DNA from: an uncultured candidatus Porisulfidus sp.
GTDB taxonomy: Bacteria > Pseudomonadota > Gammaproteobacteria > Poriferisulfidales > Oxydemutatoraceae
Length of the DNA: 64,000 nucleotides
NCBI GenBank assembly: GCA_963693105.1
Contig: OY843752.1
Span: 613,789 to 677,788 of the forward strand
Reading direction: 5' to 3'
This document shows, one piece after another, positions 1 to 9,414 of the stretch. The notes under the pieces were generated by a model. It was not told the origin of the DNA and did no database searches. It saw only the letters and a program-made list of their open reading frames with translations. The position numbers and the translations under genes are program-made. How positions within the stretch are numbered: the first letter of the stretch is position 1; every line of letters starts with the position of its first letter.

Positions 1-324
1 TCAGCGATCGAGCAGTTTCAGCTTGTCCGGTTTGCCGCGCCACTCGTCCGCATCGTGAGGCGGCTCTTTCTTGACCGTGATGACCGGCCATTCCTGCGCC
101 AGTTCGGCGTTGAGTTGAAGCAGGTGGTGCTGGTCTTCCTCGATGGCGTCTTCCGGAACAATCGCCTCGATCGGACACTCGGGTTCGCACAGCGAGCAGT
201 CTATGCACTCTTCCGGGTCAATGACCAGGAAGTTGGGGCCTTCGTGGAAGCAGTCCACCGGACAGACTTCAACGCAGTCGGTGTATTTGCATCGGATGCA
301 GTTTTCAGTTACTACAAAAGTCAT
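1..324 (-). CDS. fdxA: 7Fe ferredoxin (2x[4Fe-4S]-type cysteine motifs [14 protein letters not shown] / [12 protein letters not shown])
   Basis: 107 aa translation with two classic ferredoxin cysteine clusters; size and motif spacing typical of FdxA. Confidence 0.85.
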   Translation of the reverse strand: MTFVVTENCIRCKYTDCVEVCPVDCFHEGPNFLVIDPEECIDCSLCEPECPIEAIVPEDAIEEDQHHLLQLNAELAQEWPVITVKKEPPHDADEWRGKPDKLKLLDR

Positions 325-463
325 CGTGGTTCCTGTTTTCCGGCGCCGTCGCCGGACGGCATCTATTGTAGTGGCAATGGCCGCGGCTGTGGTAGATTAA
401 CCGGATGCGGCGGACAAATCCACATCCCGTGAAACCGGAAACCGGTGCGCGCGGGCGGCGGGT

Positions 464-1096
464 GTGAACGTGCGCCGGGGGCGTCTTTTTGTCGTCTCCG
501 CGCCTTCGGGCGCCGGCAAGACCAGCCTGCTCAGGCGGTTGCTGGACGGCGACGGGCGCCTCAAGTTGTCGGTTTCCCACACGACGCGGCCGGGCCGGGC
601 CGGCGAGGCCGACGGGCGCGATTACCATTTCGTGGACGCGGAGACTTTCTCGCGGATGGCGCAAGCCGGCGATTTTCTCGAACACGCCAGAGTTTATGAT
701 TACCACTACGGCACTTCCCGGCGGTTTGTCGAACTCGAACTCGAACGCGGGTATGATATTGTACTGGAGATAGACTGGCAGGGCGCGAGGCAGGTCATGC
801 GCAGTTTGTGCGAAGGAGTCTCGGTTTTTATCCTGCCACCGTCGGAGGATGCCTTGCGCGAACGACTGACCAATCGCAATCTGGATTCCCGGCAGGTCAT
901 TGAACGGCGCATGGAGGAGGCGATGAAGGAGATGGGGCACTTTAAAGAATTTGATTACATCGTCGTCAACGACGATTTTGACCGCGCCTGCGACGATTTG
1001 CGGCGGATTTTTGCCGGGCAGGCGCCGGACGCCGAGGCGCAGGCGCGGCTCGGGCACACCCTGCAATCCCTGGGGCTTGGAGCGCGCGGCCAGTGA
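464..1096 (+). CDS. gmk: guanylate kinase
   Basis: P-loop SAPSGAGKTSL and full-length similarity to Gmk (…YHFVDAETF…DIDWQGA…). Confidence 0.9.
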   Translation: MNVRRGRLFVVSAPSGAGKTSLLRRLLDGDGRLKLSVSHTTRPGRAGEADGRDYHFVDAETFSRMAQAGDFLEHARVYDYHYGTSRRFVELELERGYDIVLEIDWQGARQVMRSLCEGVSVFILPPSEDALRERLTNRNLDSRQVIERRMEEAMKEMGHFKEFDYIVVNDDFDRACDDLRRIFAGQAPDAEAQARLGHTLQSLGLGARGQ

Positions 1097-1437
1097 CGCT
1101 GCCCGGCAAAGACGAGGTCATCCGGGTCACGGAGACCGCCGCCGCGCAGATCAGGAAATCGGCGGAGCAAAGCGGCATGCGGGACTGGCCGTTGCGCATC
1201 GCCGTGAGCCGCGACGGAGACGACGGCTTCCACTACAAGATGGGCTTTGACACCTCCGTTTACGAGGACGACCTTTCTTTCCGGAGCGGCGATGTCTCTC
1301 TGGTTGTCTCGAGCGGCATGTTGAGCCTGCTGAAGGACATGACGCTGGATTATGTGGAACTCGAAGCGGGGCAATTTCATTTTATTTTCATCAATCCGAA
1401 CGAGCCGGACCGGGTTCTTCCGAAGGAAGTGCAATAG
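1093..1437 (+). CDS. HesB/IscA-fold (Fe-S_biosyn-like) protein lacking the conserved cysteines; GTG start overlapping gmk stop
   Basis: 114 aa; pattern …IRVTETAA..I…LRI.V…GF.Y…D…L…DYVE…F.F.NPNEP matches the HesB fold, but the GCSG and C-terminal CGCG motifs are absent. Confidence 0.5.
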   Translation: MTLPGKDEVIRVTETAAAQIRKSAEQSGMRDWPLRIAVSRDGDDGFHYKMGFDTSVYEDDLSFRSGDVSLVVSSGMLSLLKDMTLDYVELEAGQFHFIFINPNEPDRVLPKEVQ

Positions 1438-1464
1438 GCGCCGCCCGCCGCCGGAGTTGCCTGG

Positions 1465-2991
1465 ATGAAGACCATGACGAGTGTTTTGCAGGAATCGGGC
1501 GCGCGGTTTGCGCGCAAGTCGCGCGCGCGCGCCTTCGGGCGGCCGGTTTTCGGCGCTCGCTCGTACCGCCGCATCCTCGCCGCTTTTGCGGCGCTGGTCG
1601 CGGCGTTGGCCGCGTTGCTGGCGGCGCAATGGAATCCCGGCGGTTACTTTCCCGCCGCCGCGGCTGCGCTGCTGTGGCTGCCGGTCGCCGTCTGTCTGGC
1701 GGCGACGGCCTGGTATCTGCGGCTGGACCTGGTCCAGCCGTCGCGTCATCTGCACACATGGCTGCAGCGGGTGCACGCCGGCGATCTGGCGGCGCGGCTG
1801 CCGAATCTGGGCGACAGCAGTTTTGCCGGCTTGTGTGACGATCTCAACACGTTCTGTACGATGCTTGAAACCCAGTCGCGCGGCGCCGAGAGCCAGCTGC
1901 AAAGACACGCCGGGCACCTGACCGAGAAAACGCGCTCGCTGGCGCTGCTCTACCGCTTCGCCGCCAGCCTCAACATGGCGCACAATCTGGACGAATTGCT
2001 TGAGCAGGTGCTGACGGGGCTGGAGGATATTTACGGCATCGGCGCCGTCGCCGTCCGTCTGCGCCTCGAGAACGGCGGCATGCAATTGCTGGCGAGTTCC
2101 GGCCTGCCGCCGGACAGTCCGCAGTTGAGCAAGTGCCTGGACGGCGACAGCGAATGGCTGCAAACGTCGGAGGCCGACCGCCGGCTGGCGGTGCCGATGA
2201 AATATCACGGCGAGACGCTCGGCGTGTGCATACTCAACCTCGACCCGGAAATTTTCGCCAACCGTTCGCAATTGAAGGAACTCTTCGCCAGTCTCAGCCG
2301 CCACCTGGGCATGGCCATCGAGAAGATGCGTCTCGACCGGGAGCGGCAGCGCCTGTCCATCGTCGAGGAGCGCACCTACCTTGCCCACGAACTGCACGAT
2401 TCACTGGCGCAGACGATTGCCGGTCTGCGTTTTCAGACCGGGGCGCTGGTCCAGACGCTGGGCGGCGGCGGCGGCAATGTCCGGCAGGTGCTGGAGCAGA
2501 TGGAGAATTCGATTGACGAGGCCAACCTCCAGGTGCGCGAATTGGTGCGCCATTTTCGCGCGCCGGTGGAGAAGGGCAGCCTGCTTCAGTCGGTGCGCGG
2601 GGTCGTCGAGCACTTTCGCCGCGACAATCCCGGCATCGAGGTGTTCTTCCAGGAAGAGTGGCCGGGCGTCGTGCTGCCGGATCCGTATGAACTGAATATT
2701 CTGAGAATCGTGCAGGAGGCGCTGATCAACGCGCACAAGCACAGCCGCGCCGATTTCGTGCGCATCCTGATGAGAGGGCGCGACGGGCGTTACCGCGTGC
2801 TGATCGAGGACAACGGTGTCGGCGTCGCCGACGCCGGGCCGTCGGAAGAACGGATCGGCGACGGGCATTTCGGCCTGGATGTCATGCGCGACCGGGCGCG
2901 GCGCATCGGCGGCGAACTGGACGTTGACAGCGCACCGGGGGAAGGCGTGCGCGTCGCGATGACTTTCAATTATCCGGGAGGCGCCGGGTAA
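1465..2991 (+). CDS. two-component sensor histidine kinase (2 TM, HAMP, GAF-like, HisKA_3 H-box ELHDSLAQ, HATPase_c)
   Basis: H-box ELHDSLAQTIAGL and C-terminal N/G-box motifs (…EALINAHKHS…GDGHFGLDVMRDRA…) typical of NarX/UhpB-class kinases. Confidence 0.8.
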   Translation: MKTMTSVLQESGARFARKSRARAFGRPVFGARSYRRILAAFAALVAALAALLAAQWNPGGYFPAAAAALLWLPVAVCLAATAWYLRLDLVQPSRHLHTWLQRVHAGDLAARLPNLGDSSFAGLCDDLNTFCTMLETQSRGAESQLQRHAGHLTEKTRSLALLYRFAASLNMAHNLDELLEQVLTGLEDIYGIGAVAVRLRLENGGMQLLASSGLPPDSPQLSKCLDGDSEWLQTSEADRRLAVPMKYHGETLGVCILNLDPEIFANRSQLKELFASLSRHLGMAIEKMRLDRERQRLSIVEERTYLAHELHDSLAQTIAGLRFQTGALVQTLGGGGGNVRQVLEQMENSIDEANLQVRELVRHFRAPVEKGSLLQSVRGVVEHFRRDNPGIEVFFQEEWPGVVLPDPYELNILRIVQEALINAHKHSRADFVRILMRGRDGRYRVLIEDNGVGVADAGPSEERIGDGHFGLDVMRDRARRIGGELDVDSAPGEGVRVAMTFNYPGGAG

Positions 2992-3644
2992 TGCCCGATT
3001 TGTCCGTTGTCATCATAGACGACCACAAACTGTTCAGGGACGGCCTCGAAGCGTTGCTGACCAGGCGCGGCATCCAGGTGGCGGCGTCGCTGGGCGAAGG
3101 CCTGCGCGGTGTCGAACTGGCGCAGAAGGCGCAGCCCGATGTGGTGCTGCTGGACGTGCGCATGCCCGACGTGGACGGCATTGAAATACTGGAGATGCTG
3201 AAAGAGCAGGGGTTCGCCAACTCCGTTGTCATGCTGACCACCAGCGAAGACTGCGCCGATCTGGCCGGCGCGATGATACGCGGCGCCAAAGGTTATCTGA
3301 TGAAGGACATCGCGCCCGACGACCTGGTGGCCGCTTTGCACAGCGTGGTGGAAGGTGAGACCGTCATTGCGCCGTCGTTGCGGGAGGAATACGAGAAACT
3401 CGATCTGAGCAAACCGCCGCCGTCGCGCTGCGGCAAACTGGTCGGCAAACTGACTCCGCGCGAGCGCGAGGTGCTGGCGCTGCTGGTCGAGGGACAGAGC
3501 AACAAGATGATCGCCAAAGTCCTTAAAATTTCCGATGGCACCGTCAAACTGCACGTCAACACCATTCTCAGGAAATTCGGCGTGCACTCGCGTGTCGAAG
3601 CCGCGATGATCGAGGTCGAACGCAATATCCACAAAGGGCGCTGA
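2991..3644 (+). CDS. NarL/FixJ-family response regulator (REC + LuxR-type HTH)
   Basis: IIDDHKLFRDGL…DVVLLDVRMPDVDG receiver domain; C-terminal LTPREREVLALLVEGQSNKMIAKVL LuxR HTH; start overlaps kinase stop. Confidence 0.85.
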   Translation: MPDLSVVIIDDHKLFRDGLEALLTRRGIQVAASLGEGLRGVELAQKAQPDVVLLDVRMPDVDGIEILEMLKEQGFANSVVMLTTSEDCADLAGAMIRGAKGYLMKDIAPDDLVAALHSVVEGETVIAPSLREEYEKLDLSKPPPSRCGKLVGKLTPREREVLALLVEGQSNKMIAKVLKISDGTVKLHVNTILRKFGVHSRVEAAMIEVERNIHKGR

Positions 3645-3669
3645 GCCGCTCTCTCCGGCACACCATTCG

Positions 3670-4647
3670 ATGAAACGCCGTGTCAAAATCAACTTCAAGG
3701 GGTTCTGGGACTTAAGCCTGGAAGAGAATCCTTTCTACAAACTGCTGTCGAAGCGGTTTGATCTGGAGATTTCCGACGACCCGGATTTTTTGCTTTATAC
3801 CGACTGCTATCTCGAAAAAAAGAAACACCAGAATTGCGTCCGCATCTTCTACACGGGCGAGAACACAAGGCCTGATTTTTATGATTGTGATTACGCCTTC
3901 AGCTTTGATTTGCCGGTGACTGAAAGACACTACCGCCTGCCGCTGTACTGGCTCTATGCCGACTACAACAGGCTGAAAGAGCCGAAAGACCCGGACAGGA
4001 TTCTGGCGCAGAAAAGCGGATTCTGCAGTTTTTTATATTCCCATGCGACTCCTGAAAGGGAGGACTTTTTCAAACAGATGTTGTCCTACAAGATGATAGA
4101 TTCCGGCGGCAGGTTCCTTAATACGCTGGGTTATACGGTGCCCGTCGGGAGGGCGTCGGAAGCGGATTTTATACGGCGGTATAAATTCGCCATCGCTTTT
4201 GAGAATTCCTCCCACCCGGGTTACACGACGGAAAAGATTGTAAGCGCAATGCTTGCCAATACGGTGCCCATCTACTGGGGCAATCCGCAGGTGGCGCGCG
4301 ACTTCAACCCCAAATCGTTCATCAACTGCCATGATTACGACAACTTCAGCCAGGTCATCGAGAAGGTCATCGAAATAGACAATGACGACGATTTATACAA
4401 GTCCTTCCTTTCACAACCCTGGTTGAACGGCAACCGCGGCCTGGATAGTCTGACGGAAGAAAGCCTGTTGGCCCGGTTTGAGAAGATTTTTTCCGGGCCG
4501 GGAATCATACGATACCGGAAATCTCCCCGGTTGCCCGCTCTTCCCTTGTCGGTACGCGTCAACCGGATGATTCACGACAAGCTGATGCCCTACCGGTTTT
4601 TCGCCCCCATTATTCTGAGGCTGATCCGGTGGAAGAATCGCTGGTAG
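3670..4647 (+). CDS. glycosyltransferase family 10 (alpha-1,3-fucosyltransferase-like)
   Basis: motif YKFAIAFENS matches the GT10 signature YKF(Y/x)LAFENS; overall length and architecture FutA-like; gene looks markedly AT-richer than its neighbours (by eye). Confidence 0.6.
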   Translation: MKRRVKINFKGFWDLSLEENPFYKLLSKRFDLEISDDPDFLLYTDCYLEKKKHQNCVRIFYTGENTRPDFYDCDYAFSFDLPVTERHYRLPLYWLYADYNRLKEPKDPDRILAQKSGFCSFLYSHATPEREDFFKQMLSYKMIDSGGRFLNTLGYTVPVGRASEADFIRRYKFAIAFENSSHPGYTTEKIVSAMLANTVPIYWGNPQVARDFNPKSFINCHDYDNFSQVIEKVIEIDNDDDLYKSFLSQPWLNGNRGLDSLTEESLLARFEKIFSGPGIIRYRKSPRLPALPLSVRVNRMIHDKLMPYRFFAPIILRLIRWKNRW

Positions 4648-4654
4648 CCGCCGC

Positions 4655-5023
4655 TCACTGGCCGCGTCCGCCGACATAGTGTTTGCGGTGGTGGCTGCGG
4701 GTGCCGGCCCGCTGCACGACAACGCCCTTGATGATGCCTGTGCCGGCAATCGCGATGCTTTCATAGCCGGGGTTCAGCGGCTTCAGCACGGGCTGGCCGT
4801 TTTCGACGATGAATTGCCTGAAGATGTATTCGCCGCCGGTTTCGGCGATGACGTACGAGCCGTTCTCAAAAGCGCCGCCGGGTTCGATGACGATGATGGA
4901 GCCGTCCGGGAATTCGGGCGCCATGCTGTCGCCCAGCACGCGCAGCGCGAAGGGCTCGCTGGCGGCGCAACCGGCGTCGTCGAGGCGTTCAATCTCCTTG
5001 TCGCTCACGCGAACAGCACCCAT
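4655..5023 (-). CDS. stand-alone S24 (LexA/UmuD-like) peptidase domain protein
   Basis: motif LGDSMAPEF…GSIIVIEP…, the LexA/UmuD C-terminal catalytic Ser region; no N-terminal DNA-binding domain. Confidence 0.6.
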   Translation of the reverse strand: MGAVRVSDKEIERLDDAGCAASEPFALRVLGDSMAPEFPDGSIIVIEPGGAFENGSYVIAETGGEYIFRQFIVENGQPVLKPLNPGYESIAIAGTGIIKGVVVQRAGTRSHHRKHYVGGRGQ

Positions 5024-5616
5024 GTCGTGGCGATGTATTTGACGCCTTGCAGCGGTTGCACGCCCCTGTGCTCGTGCGTCCAGAACGGCGGAAACAGCAG
5101 CAGTTTTCCCCGTTGCGGCCGGATGCTCACGTTCTGAACGAAAAATTCGGTCTCGCCGCCTTCCTCGATGTCGTTCAAATACCAGATTGCGACCAACTGC
5201 CTGTCGCTGAAACTGTGGCTGCCGCCGTCCACGTGCCAGTGGTAGAACTCGCCTTCGCGGGTTCGTTGTATGCCGTAACCCATGTCCCTGAAGCGCCCCT
5301 TGAAGTACGGAAACGCCTCGCGGAATTCATGCAGCGCCTGCTCCAGCGAGCGGAACAGGCTTTTGTCCACATCCTGCCAGTGCGGTTTGCCGCTGATGTA
5401 GAGGTCGGTCGAGCGCTTGATGGAGGCGTCCTCCTGCCGGGTCTGGCCGATGCGCCCCGGATACTGCTCTTCGGGCGCCTCCTCGAAACGCCGGATGATG
5501 TCGTCGCAGACGTCATCCGCCAGCGCCGCGGGTTTTTCGAACAAAAAGGTGTTGGGTTTGACCTCGTGGAGGGTCTTGAGCGGCGCGTGCAGCCTGTTTT
5601 CCGCGGCTGGAATCAC
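5005..5616 (-). CDS. 2OG-Fe(II) oxygenase superfamily protein (prolyl-4-hydroxylase-like)
   Basis: HWHVDGG … WTHEHRG resemble the HxD…H iron-binding facial triad and RxS 2OG site. Confidence 0.6.
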   Translation of the reverse strand: MIPAAENRLHAPLKTLHEVKPNTFLFEKPAALADDVCDDIIRRFEEAPEEQYPGRIGQTRQEDASIKRSTDLYISGKPHWQDVDKSLFRSLEQALHEFREAFPYFKGRFRDMGYGIQRTREGEFYHWHVDGGSHSFSDRQLVAIWYLNDIEEGGETEFFVQNVSIRPQRGKLLLFPPFWTHEHRGVQPLQGVKYIATTWVLFA

Positions 5617-6668
5617 AACGCCGCCTTTTCGCAGAGCGCTTCAATGCCGGGCGCGGCGTCGGCGCCGTGGCGTTCGAAGACTTCGAGCAGGCGGTTGGCG
5701 GTACGTTGCCAGTGCCGACGCGCCGGCGTCACCAGTTTTTCAATGGTCTCCAGGCTGTCGCTGCGCCGCCAGTCCTGATAGGCGTCGGTCAGCGCCGGGA
5801 ACATCTCCTTGCGCATCGCGCCGAGGTTGGCGACGTGAAAGTGCAGCGACGGAATCCTGCGTTCGCCGACCAGCGTCGGCAATACCGCGATGGAATCGGC
5901 AAGGTTGTCCTTGACCGCGCGCGCCATCATCTCGGCCCTGGAGCGCGGCAGCCGCGCGAGCATTTCGTACCATTTTTTGCCGAGCAGCCGGCCGGCCTCG
6001 ATTTCGCCGATTTCGTGCAGCGTGATGGTCTCGATTTCGTTTTCGGTCATCTGCTCCAGCGCCCGCTCCAGGTCGCCGTCGAAGTCGTAACACGACAGCG
6101 CGGTTCCCATCGTGTTGGGCGCGCGGTTCCAGCGCCATTCGTTGAGCCTCTCCCAGATCATTCTCTTGATGGATTCGCGCCGCACGAAAATCGTGTTGCC
6201 GAGAGACATCGCCGGTGGCGAGGCCAGGTCTCTCGCGCACTCGTCGGACGACACCAGCACCTCCAGCCCGCGCCGCTTTTTTTTCGACTCCAGCCTGCCC
6301 ATGAAAAAGTGGGGGGCGCCGCCGATGCCGAAGCCGCCCGAGTAAACGTAACCGCGCGGGTTCATCCAGCGGTTGATCGCGCCGGTCTCGAAGGGGTCGA
6401 ATTCGCGCCCGTCGGCGCACAGTGGCCGGTAAGGGCGCTGCTCCATGCTTTCCCACCAGGCCTCGCGTTCGCTCAGCCACTCGCCGAGGTCGTCTTTCGG
6501 CAGCAGATCGTCAAAGCCGTAGCCCTTCTCCCAGCGGTAGTATTCACGCATCTTGAGCAGATAAACGCACATCGTGTAATTGCAGGCGTGGCGGGCGTCG
6601 GATAAACCGCAGTTGTACTGCACCGTCTCGCACAGAGTGTCGGATTCGCGGTCGTGCGTCTCATTCAT
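5613..6668 (-). CDS. conserved hypothetical protein (351 aa), start overlaps the stop of the downstream oxygenase gene
   Basis: long uninterrupted ORF in operon-like arrangement (4-nt overlap with next gene); no recognised domain. Confidence 0.4.
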   Translation of the reverse strand: MNETHDRESDTLCETVQYNCGLSDARHACNYTMCVYLLKMREYYRWEKGYGFDDLLPKDDLGEWLSEREAWWESMEQRPYRPLCADGREFDPFETGAINRWMNPRGYVYSGGFGIGGAPHFFMGRLESKKKRRGLEVLVSSDECARDLASPPAMSLGNTIFVRRESIKRMIWERLNEWRWNRAPNTMGTALSCYDFDGDLERALEQMTENEIETITLHEIGEIEAGRLLGKKWYEMLARLPRSRAEMMARAVKDNLADSIAVLPTLVGERRIPSLHFHVANLGAMRKEMFPALTDAYQDWRRSDSLETIEKLVTPARRHWQRTANRLLEVFERHGADAAPGIEALCEKAAL

Positions 6669-6715
6669 GGGCGGCCCGTTATAATACTACACCGCAAACC
6701 CACGCCACCCGCACG

Positions 6716-7264
6716 ATGCCCCCGCGACTGAAAACCAGATGGAACCGCGCCGATTCGGCGCACGATTGCCGCGCCACCGCCGGCGCCATCGGCGTCAACC
6801 TCTGGCGGATTACGACCGAGTGCCTGTTGAATCTGGAAAACGAGGGGTTTGAAACGCGCGACAATGCACAGCGGCTGGACGCCATATCGGAGTTTGCGGC
6901 TTTCGCGCTGCACCTGCTCGACCGCCACGCGTACTCCAGGCTGGACGACATCGGGCGCGCGGCGCTGATCGAGGCGACGGCGCGGCGCTTCGGCGAAATC
7001 ATCGAGGACAACCGTCTCGACACTTCCGGCGGCGGCGACCACCTGCGGCGCTTCATTGACCTGGTCAACCGGCGCGCCGACGAGTACGCCGGGTGCGGTT
7101 ACGACGACGCCGAGGGTCCGGATTTTACGATGAAGTGCCTGCTCGGCAACCATCTGCGCGATGCGATGGACGAAAAGCACCGGCGCTGGATACCGGATTA
7201 CGTCATTGATATGGAAGCGCCGGCGTTGTACAAGGCATTGCGCCGCGCCGCTTCAATGATTTAG
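6716..7264 (+). CDS. hypothetical protein
   Basis: ORF only; divergent from the 5613-6668 gene. Confidence 0.3.
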   Translation: MPPRLKTRWNRADSAHDCRATAGAIGVNLWRITTECLLNLENEGFETRDNAQRLDAISEFAAFALHLLDRHAYSRLDDIGRAALIEATARRFGEIIEDNRLDTSGGGDHLRRFIDLVNRRADEYAGCGYDDAEGPDFTMKCLLGNHLRDAMDEKHRRWIPDYVIDMEAPALYKALRRAASMI

Positions 7265-7464
7265 CCCGCTTTCCCGGCCCACGTCCGGAAGTTGTCGGCG
7301 TTTTTCTCCTCTCCGTCTTTGCGCCCGGCGGTGTAGGCGTCGCCGGCGCGTTGCTCTTCACGCGCAGGATGTCCCAGATAGCCGCTTTGCCAGCCGAGAA
7401 CGTAGTCGGGATCGACGCCCGCTTCTTCCATCCGCGTCACCGCGTCTCTGTAAAATTGATTCAT
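7261..7464 (-). CDS. small hypothetical protein (67 aa from internal ATG with strong SD AAGGAGA)
   Basis: ORF 7261-7533; internal Met MNQFYRD preceded by GGAGAAAC 7 nt upstream. Confidence 0.3.
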   Translation of the reverse strand: MNQFYRDAVTRMEEAGVDPDYVLGWQSGYLGHPAREEQRAGDAYTAGRKDGEEKNADNFRTWAGKAG

Positions 7465-7502
7465 CGTTGTTTCTCCTTGACTGTGGGTGAACCGAATTCG
7501 GT

Positions 7503-8636
7503 TCAGGCGAGGGCCGCCTGAAAACGTTTCCATGCCTCGCCGTTGTCCAACTGCGCGGCGATGGCGTCGGCGGCGTTTTTCATCGAGGTGTGGCGCTGCA
7601 GGTGGGTCAGCACGATGGCGCCGCTGTAAATCAGGCAGTCGCGCGCCGCCCCCGGCTTGCCCTGCAAGGCGTCCATGCCGGCGTCGGCGGCGCTTTGCGA
7701 CAGCGCCCCGATGTCAACATCGGCGGCGATTGCATCGCCTTCCGCCGCCGCCGGCGGCAAATCGTCGGGCAGCGGCACACCGCGCGATGTCTGCCGGATT
7801 CCGATTGCGAGCGGGTCGAGTTCGCGCATCCGCTCTTCGCCCTCGCCGTGGTATTCGTGCAGTCTTGCCGGTTGCTTCAGCGACGGCGTGATGCCGCCTT
7901 CGCTGCCGCGCACGACGGCGGCGGAATCGAAACCGGCGAATTTCGCCAGGTCGAGATAAATCGGCGGATAGGCTTTGTGTACGTAGCCGGTAACCAGGTG
8001 TGTGCTGCGGCGCCCGCGTATCGGGCCGGTGAGCACCTCGACGGTCGTCAGCAGCGGGCGCTTGACAATCCGGGTGCGCAGCGATGTCAGGTCGTGCAGC
8101 GCCGGGCAGAAGCGGCTCTGATCCACGTAAGCCCAGCCGATGTCTTTCAGTTGCGCCGCCGCCTGTTGCGCCGACAGTCTGACATCCGCGCCGGCGGCGC
8201 GCAGAACCGTATGGTGGGTGGCGCCGTATTTCGGGCCGACGCACTCAAGGCCGTGGCAGAACGCGGCCACGTCGCAGGCCGCCAGCAGCGCCGGCAGAAA
8301 AGGCGCGACCGGCAGGCTGCGCAGGAAGCCGTCGTAGGGGTCGGCGATGTCCACCACCTGTTCAACGGGCGCGGTGACCGTGTCCGTCGTTTCACGAATC
8401 GCCTGCAGTACGCCCCGGTTTTCCTCGCGGGTCTCGCGCTTCATTCGAAGCGCAATCAGGAAAACCGCGGTCTGCACCGGGTCCGCTCCATTCTCCAGTA
8501 TCGACTCCATCGCCGCGCGGGCTTCCTCGAACGCAAGGTCCTTGCTGTATTCCGGGCCGGTCGCGACTTTCTGGATACAGTGGCGCAGAATCAGGCGCCC
8601 GGCGCGGCTTTCTTCAATCTCCATTCTGTTTGCCAT
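7503..8636 (-). CDS. anthranilate phosphoribosyltransferase (TrpD/glycosyl transferase family 3) paralogue
   Basis: 377 aa with TrpD-like architecture (N-terminal helical domain, …GTGGD-like region degenerate); not in a trp operon context. Confidence 0.55.
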   Translation of the reverse strand: MANRMEIEESRAGRLILRHCIQKVATGPEYSKDLAFEEARAAMESILENGADPVQTAVFLIALRMKRETREENRGVLQAIRETTDTVTAPVEQVVDIADPYDGFLRSLPVAPFLPALLAACDVAAFCHGLECVGPKYGATHHTVLRAAGADVRLSAQQAAAQLKDIGWAYVDQSRFCPALHDLTSLRTRIVKRPLLTTVEVLTGPIRGRRSTHLVTGYVHKAYPPIYLDLAKFAGFDSAAVVRGSEGGITPSLKQPARLHEYHGEGEERMRELDPLAIGIRQTSRGVPLPDDLPPAAAEGDAIAADVDIGALSQSAADAGMDALQGKPGAARDCLIYSGAIVLTHLQRHTSMKNAADAIAAQLDNGEAWKRFQAALA

Positions 8637-8637
8637 T

Positions 8638-9414
8638 TTATCGCAGTTGGTCCGACATCGTCTTGAACAATGCGGGGCCGGCGGCGAGAATGTTGCCGGA
8701 CTTCAGACAATCGCCGTCGCCGTCCGGCTCGCCGACCATGCCGCCGGCTTCGCGCACAATGACCATGCCCGCGGCGATGTCCCAGGGCCTGAGTCCGAAC
8801 TCCCAGAATCCGTCGAGCCGCGCGCAGGCGACATAGGCCAGGTCGAGCGCCGCCGCCCCCGCCCGGCGGATGCCGGCGGCCTCGCCCGCGATGCCGCGGA
8901 AGGTCCGGAGATAGGCGTCGAGGTCCTGGTCGTCGCGGTAGGGAATGCCGGTGCCGATCAGCGAGTCGTCGAGCCGCGGTCGCGACGACACCCGGATTTT
9001 GCGTTGGTTCAGGGTTGCGCCTTCGCCCTGCGCGGCCATAAACAGTTCGTTTTTGAACGGGTCGAAGATTGCGCCGACGACCGGCGCGCCCTTGTGCAGC
9101 AGCGCGATGGAAATGGCGCAATGAGGAAAGCCGTGGATGAAGTTGATGGTGCCGTCCAGGGGGTCTATGACCCACTGCCATTCACTATCCACCGCATCGT
9201 TGCCACCGCTTTCCTCGGACAGGATGGCGTGGTCCGGAAAGGCGTGTTGCAGTTCCTCGACGATCGCCCTTTCGCACTCCAGGTCCACATTGCTGACCGG
9301 GTCGTTGCGTCCCTTGTCATGCGTCCTGATTTCGTGCAGGCGTCCGGCGTGGCGCATGACAATCCGCCCCGCGTCCAGCGCCGCTTTCCCGGCAATGTTC
9401 AGGTATGGCTTCAA
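8638..9414 (-). CDS. suhB: inositol monophosphatase
   Basis: motifs …EESG…WVIDPLDGT…WD.AAG… characteristic of the IMPase family; 258 aa. Confidence 0.85.
   Translation of the reverse strand: MKPYLNIAGKAALDAGRIVMRHAGRLHEIRTHDKGRNDPVSNVDLECERAIVEELQHAFPDHAILSEESGGNDAVDSEWQWVIDPLDGTINFIHGFPHCAISIALLHKGAPVVGAIFDPFKNELFMAAQGEGATLNQRKIRVSSRPRLDDSLIGTGIPYRDDQDLDAYLRTFRGIAGEAAGIRRAGAAALDLAYVACARLDGFWEFGLRPWDIAAGMVIVREAGGMVGEPDGDGDCLKSGNILAAGPALFKTMSDQLR

Noticed and set aside
955-2397. 480-aa minus-strand ORF antisense to the histidine kinase and gmk; similarly 15220-17283(-), 17565-19538(-), 19391-20977(-), 22194-23534(-), 29175-31139(-), 55737-56735(-), 58243-58974(-), 59535-60236(-)
   Set aside because: Long antisense ORFs are expected in about 65-70% GC DNA. 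The opposite strand in each case encodes a protein with unmistakable conserved motifs (HscA, TldD, PmbA, Mpl, NqrB, GspF etc.). The antisense translations are Arg/Ala/Pro-rich with no recognisable domains.
4655-5023. Annotating the S24 peptidase as umuD
   Set aside because: No umuC partner adjacent (dinB is 39 kb away and is Pol IV), and the N-terminal region does not resemble UmuD beyond the shared S24 fold. A generic S24 call was kept.
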